Positions 61,957-64,000 of a stretch of DNA of 64,000 nt are shown here, piece by piece. The notes beneath the pieces are model-generated. The model worked only from the letters and a program-made list of their open reading frames with translations, searched no databases and was not told the origin of the DNA. Origin of the DNA: an uncultured Bacteroidales bacterium (GTDB taxonomy: Bacteria > Bacteroidota > Bacteroidia > Bacteroidales > Bacteroidaceae); assembly GCA_902779875.1 (NCBI GenBank), contig CACZCX010000001.1:10930-74929 (forward strand), in the 5' to 3' direction. The position numbers and the translations under genes are program-made. The first letter of the stretch is position 1. Every line of letters starts with the position of its first letter.

Positions 61957-62706
61957 TTGAAAGTTAAGAAGGTTCTCATATCTCAGCCGCAGCCTACAAC
62001 AGGCAAGTCTCCCTATTTTGATCTGGCTGATAAGTATGGCGTAGAGTTCGTGTTCAAACCTTTCATCCGCGTTGACCCGCTCAGCGCCAAGGAGTTCAGG
62101 CAGCAGCATGTAAACATACTCGACCATACCGCTGTAGTATTCACTTCACGTCATGCAGTAGACCACTTCTTCCAGCTTTGTGCCGAGATGAGGGTCAATA
62201 TACCGGAGGACATGAAGTATTTCTGCATCACTGAGACAGTGTCTCTCTATATCCAGAAATACGTACAGTACCGTAAGCGTAAGGTATTCTTCGGTACAAC
62301 CGGTAAGGTTGACAGCCTTATGACTCCCATTCTCAAGCATAAGACAGAGAAGTATTTCATTCCCATGTCAAATGTTCACACCGGTGAGCTTAAGGCTCTT
62401 CTGGATGCCAACAAGATAGCACACACTGAGGCTGTTATGTACCGCACCGTAAGCAATGAGTTTGCTGCCGGTGAACTCGATGATTACGATATGCTGGTAT
62501 TCTTCAGCCCTGCCGGAATTGAGTCTCTCAAGCAGAATGCTCCTGACTTTGTTCAGGGCGAGAAGATCATCGGTTGTTTCGGTGGTACAACCGCCAAGGC
62601 TATCCGCGACGCAGGTCTCCGTCTTGATATCGAGGCTCCGGTACCCGGAATCACCTCCATGTCAGCTGCTATCGATGCCTGGTTCGCTGCCAATCAGAAG
62701 AAGTAA
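61957..62706 (+). CDS. hemD: Uroporphyrinogen-III synthase (HemD-like)
   Basis: KKVLISQPQP...SPYFDLADKYGV...HTAVVFTSRHAVDHFF matches the Bacteroidales HemD-like family. There is no in-frame ATG near the N-terminus. I chose the TTG at 61957, just after the upstream stop, over the TTG at 61876. Confidence 0.7.
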   Translation: MKVKKVLISQPQPTTGKSPYFDLADKYGVEFVFKPFIRVDPLSAKEFRQQHVNILDHTAVVFTSRHAVDHFFQLCAEMRVNIPEDMKYFCITETVSLYIQKYVQYRKRKVFFGTTGKVDSLMTPILKHKTEKYFIPMSNVHTGELKALLDANKIAHTEAVMYRTVSNEFAAGELDDYDMLVFFSPAGIESLKQNAPDFVQGEKIIGCFGGTTAKAIRDAGLRLDIEAPVPGITSMSAAIDAWFAANQKK

Positions 62707-62721
62707 TTGATATCCTATACT

Positions 62722-62772
62722 GACGGGTTCCTGCCACCGAGTCTATCGGCTTGTGAGGAACCCGTCTTTTTT
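62722..62772 (+). terminator. Rho-independent terminator after hemD
   Basis: 11-bp stem gacgggttcct/aggaacccgtc followed by TTTTTT. Confidence 0.85.
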
Positions 62773-62780
62773 ATGAAAGC

Positions 62781-63212
62781 ATGAAAGCAGGAGGAAACAC
62801 TTTTACCAAACAGGAGCGTCTCTGCAGCGACAGGCTTATAGAACGTCTCTTCAGGGAGGGAAACCGTAAGATCGCGGCTTTTCCCGTGCGTTTGGTGTGG
62901 CTCCTTCTCGATGATGCCGGTTTTGACGGTGTGCAGATCCTTATCAGTGCTCCCAAACGCAATTTCCATCATGCTGTGGACCGCAACCGTATCAAAAGGC
63001 AGATCCGTGAATTCTACCGTAATTCATCGGCTCCTCTCAAGGAGGCTGTAGCCTCCCGTCATAAGTCACTTGCTCTGGCTTTTCTCTTCAACGACACCGT
63101 ACTCTGGGATTCCGGAAAGCTTGACGAACGTCTGAAGTCTGTATTTGACAGACTGGTGGCGCAGGTTCTGGAGATCCCGTCGGACCAGGATTCCACTGCC
63201 TTGGCCAAATGA
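62781..63212 (+). CDS. rnpA: Ribonuclease P protein component
   Basis: FTKQERL...and the RNR motif [13 protein letters not shown]. 4-nt overlap with yidD. Confidence 0.85.
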   Translation: MKAGGNTFTKQERLCSDRLIERLFREGNRKIAAFPVRLVWLLLDDAGFDGVQILISAPKRNFHHAVDRNRIKRQIREFYRNSSAPLKEAVASRHKSLALAFLFNDTVLWDSGKLDERLKSVFDRLVAQVLEIPSDQDSTALAK

Positions 63213-63451
63213 TGAATTTGTTTAGAAAATTCTTAAGTTTTCTGGGCTGGCTGCTGATTCTTCCCATCCGATTCTACCGGAAATTCATATCTCCGCTTAC
63301 GCCTCCCTCATGCAGGTTCACTCCGACCTGTTCGGAGTATGCTATACAGGCTATTACCAAACATGGACCGTTCAAGGGAACCTGGCTGGCCGTTAAACGT
63401 ATTCTCAGGTGTCATCCTTGGGGCGGATCGGGATACGATCCTGTCCCGTAA
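63209..63451 (+). CDS. yidD: Membrane protein insertion efficiency factor YidD
   Basis: [23 protein letters not shown]...[14 protein letters not shown], the canonical YidD pattern. Confidence 0.93.
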   Translation: MMNLFRKFLSFLGWLLILPIRFYRKFISPLTPPSCRFTPTCSEYAIQAITKHGPFKGTWLAVKRILRCHPWGGSGYDPVP

Positions 63452-63462
63452 TGATTTGAACC

Positions 63463-64000
63463 ATGGCCTTCAGGATAGTCGACATTCACACTCATTCGTT
63501 GTCTCAAGTGCCTGGGACGGCCCTAACGTGCATCGGGTGTGGTCCTGTTCCTGAGCAGGAGGGACATCTTCTGAGTACAGGCCTTCATCCATGGGATATA
63601 GCTGAATCGTTTGAGCCGCAACTGGATTCTGTAGAGAAGCTTGCTGCGAACCCCCAGGTTATTGCAATAGGTGAATGTGGATTCGACACGCTAAAGGGGC
63701 CGAATCATGAAATCCAGGAGAAGGTGTTTGTCCGGCATGTGGAGATTTCGGAGAAATACGGTAAACCGATGATCCTTCATGTTGTAAAGGATTTTGATAG
63801 TGTAACCAGGCTCCGCAAGTTTCTCAAGCCATCCTGTCACTGGCTTATTCACGGATTCCGTGGGGGAGTGCCGCAGATGGAACAGCTCTTCAGGGTCGGA
63901 TTGCTTGTCTCTTTCGGGATACGGCACAACGAACAGGCGTTGCGCGCTGTTCCTGATGACAGGCTCTTTCTTGAGACCGACGGCAAGTGCGGCATAGATG
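63463..64000 (+). CDS. TatD-family metal-dependent hydrolase, 3'-truncated by window edge
   Basis: Not in the ORF track because there is no stop in the window. My own translation from the ATG at 63463 gives MAFRIVDIHTHS...GECGFD...MILHVV...IHGFRG...LETDG, the TatD motif series. Confidence 0.8.
   Translation, partial: MAFRIVDIHTHSLSQVPGTALTCIGCGPVPEQEGHLLSTGLHPWDIAESFEPQLDSVEKLAANPQVIAIGECGFDTLKGPNHEIQEKVFVRHVEISEKYGKPMILHVVKDFDSVTRLRKFLKPSCHWLIHGFRGGVPQMEQLFRVGLLVSFGIRHNEQALRAVPDDRLFLETDGKCGID

Noticed and set aside
1-64000. Mobile genetic elements, prophage, defence systems, toxin-antitoxin pairs, and rRNA/tRNA genes
   Set aside because: I scanned all ORFs of 60 aa or more and all intergenic gaps over 50 nt. 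I recognised no integrase, transposase, phage structural protein, restriction-modification, Cas, retron RT, TA-like small gene pair, tRNA cloverleaf or rRNA signature.

Overview
The window is a chromosomal segment with Bacteroidales character. TAnnTTTG -7 promoter boxes lie 25-40 nt upstream of many start codons, there are no Shine-Dalgarno sequences, and gene families typical of the order are present (DUF3098, DUF4271, DUF2723-like, GH31). I count about 57 protein-coding genes and found no rRNA, tRNA, CRISPR array, transposase, integrase or prophage gene.

Most genes are housekeeping: purD, metK, folK, queA, truB, uppP, ftsX, miaB, rnr, ispD, metG, typA, rpsO, ahcY, hemD, rnpA, yidD and a partial tatD. 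There are also two tandem GH31 glycosidases, a DPP3-type peptidase and a Pif1/RecD-like helicase.

The one clearly accessory block is a tightly packed minus-strand glycopolymer locus at about 19.0-32.4 kb. It encodes two GT2 enzymes, UDP-galactopyranose mutase, three LicD-family phosphotransferases, an IspD/TarI-like cytidylyltransferase with an extended SDR, a Wzx-type flippase, an ornithine-cyclodeaminase-family enzyme, a LicC-like nucleotidyltransferase fused to a HisC/CobD-type PLP enzyme, and an EamA transporter. This gene set parallels the pneumococcal tar/lic teichoic-acid decoration toolkit.

The most unusual non-coding signal is a family of tandem heptamer arrays, (AATTCTC)n. They occur at exactly four intergenic sites, each next to a gene that makes, recycles or uses SAM: metK, ahcY, queA and a THUMP methyltransferase. 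In three cases the array sits 6-12 nt upstream of the -7 promoter box.

Other notable items:
- a roughly 170-nt element with 40-bp terminal inverted repeats between a comM-like gene and metG
- a perfectly conserved 10-aa x4 basic repeat tail on the THUMP methyltransferase
- a thioredoxin-fold protein lacking its CxxC motif

All functional calls rest on motif recognition by eye. No database search was possible.
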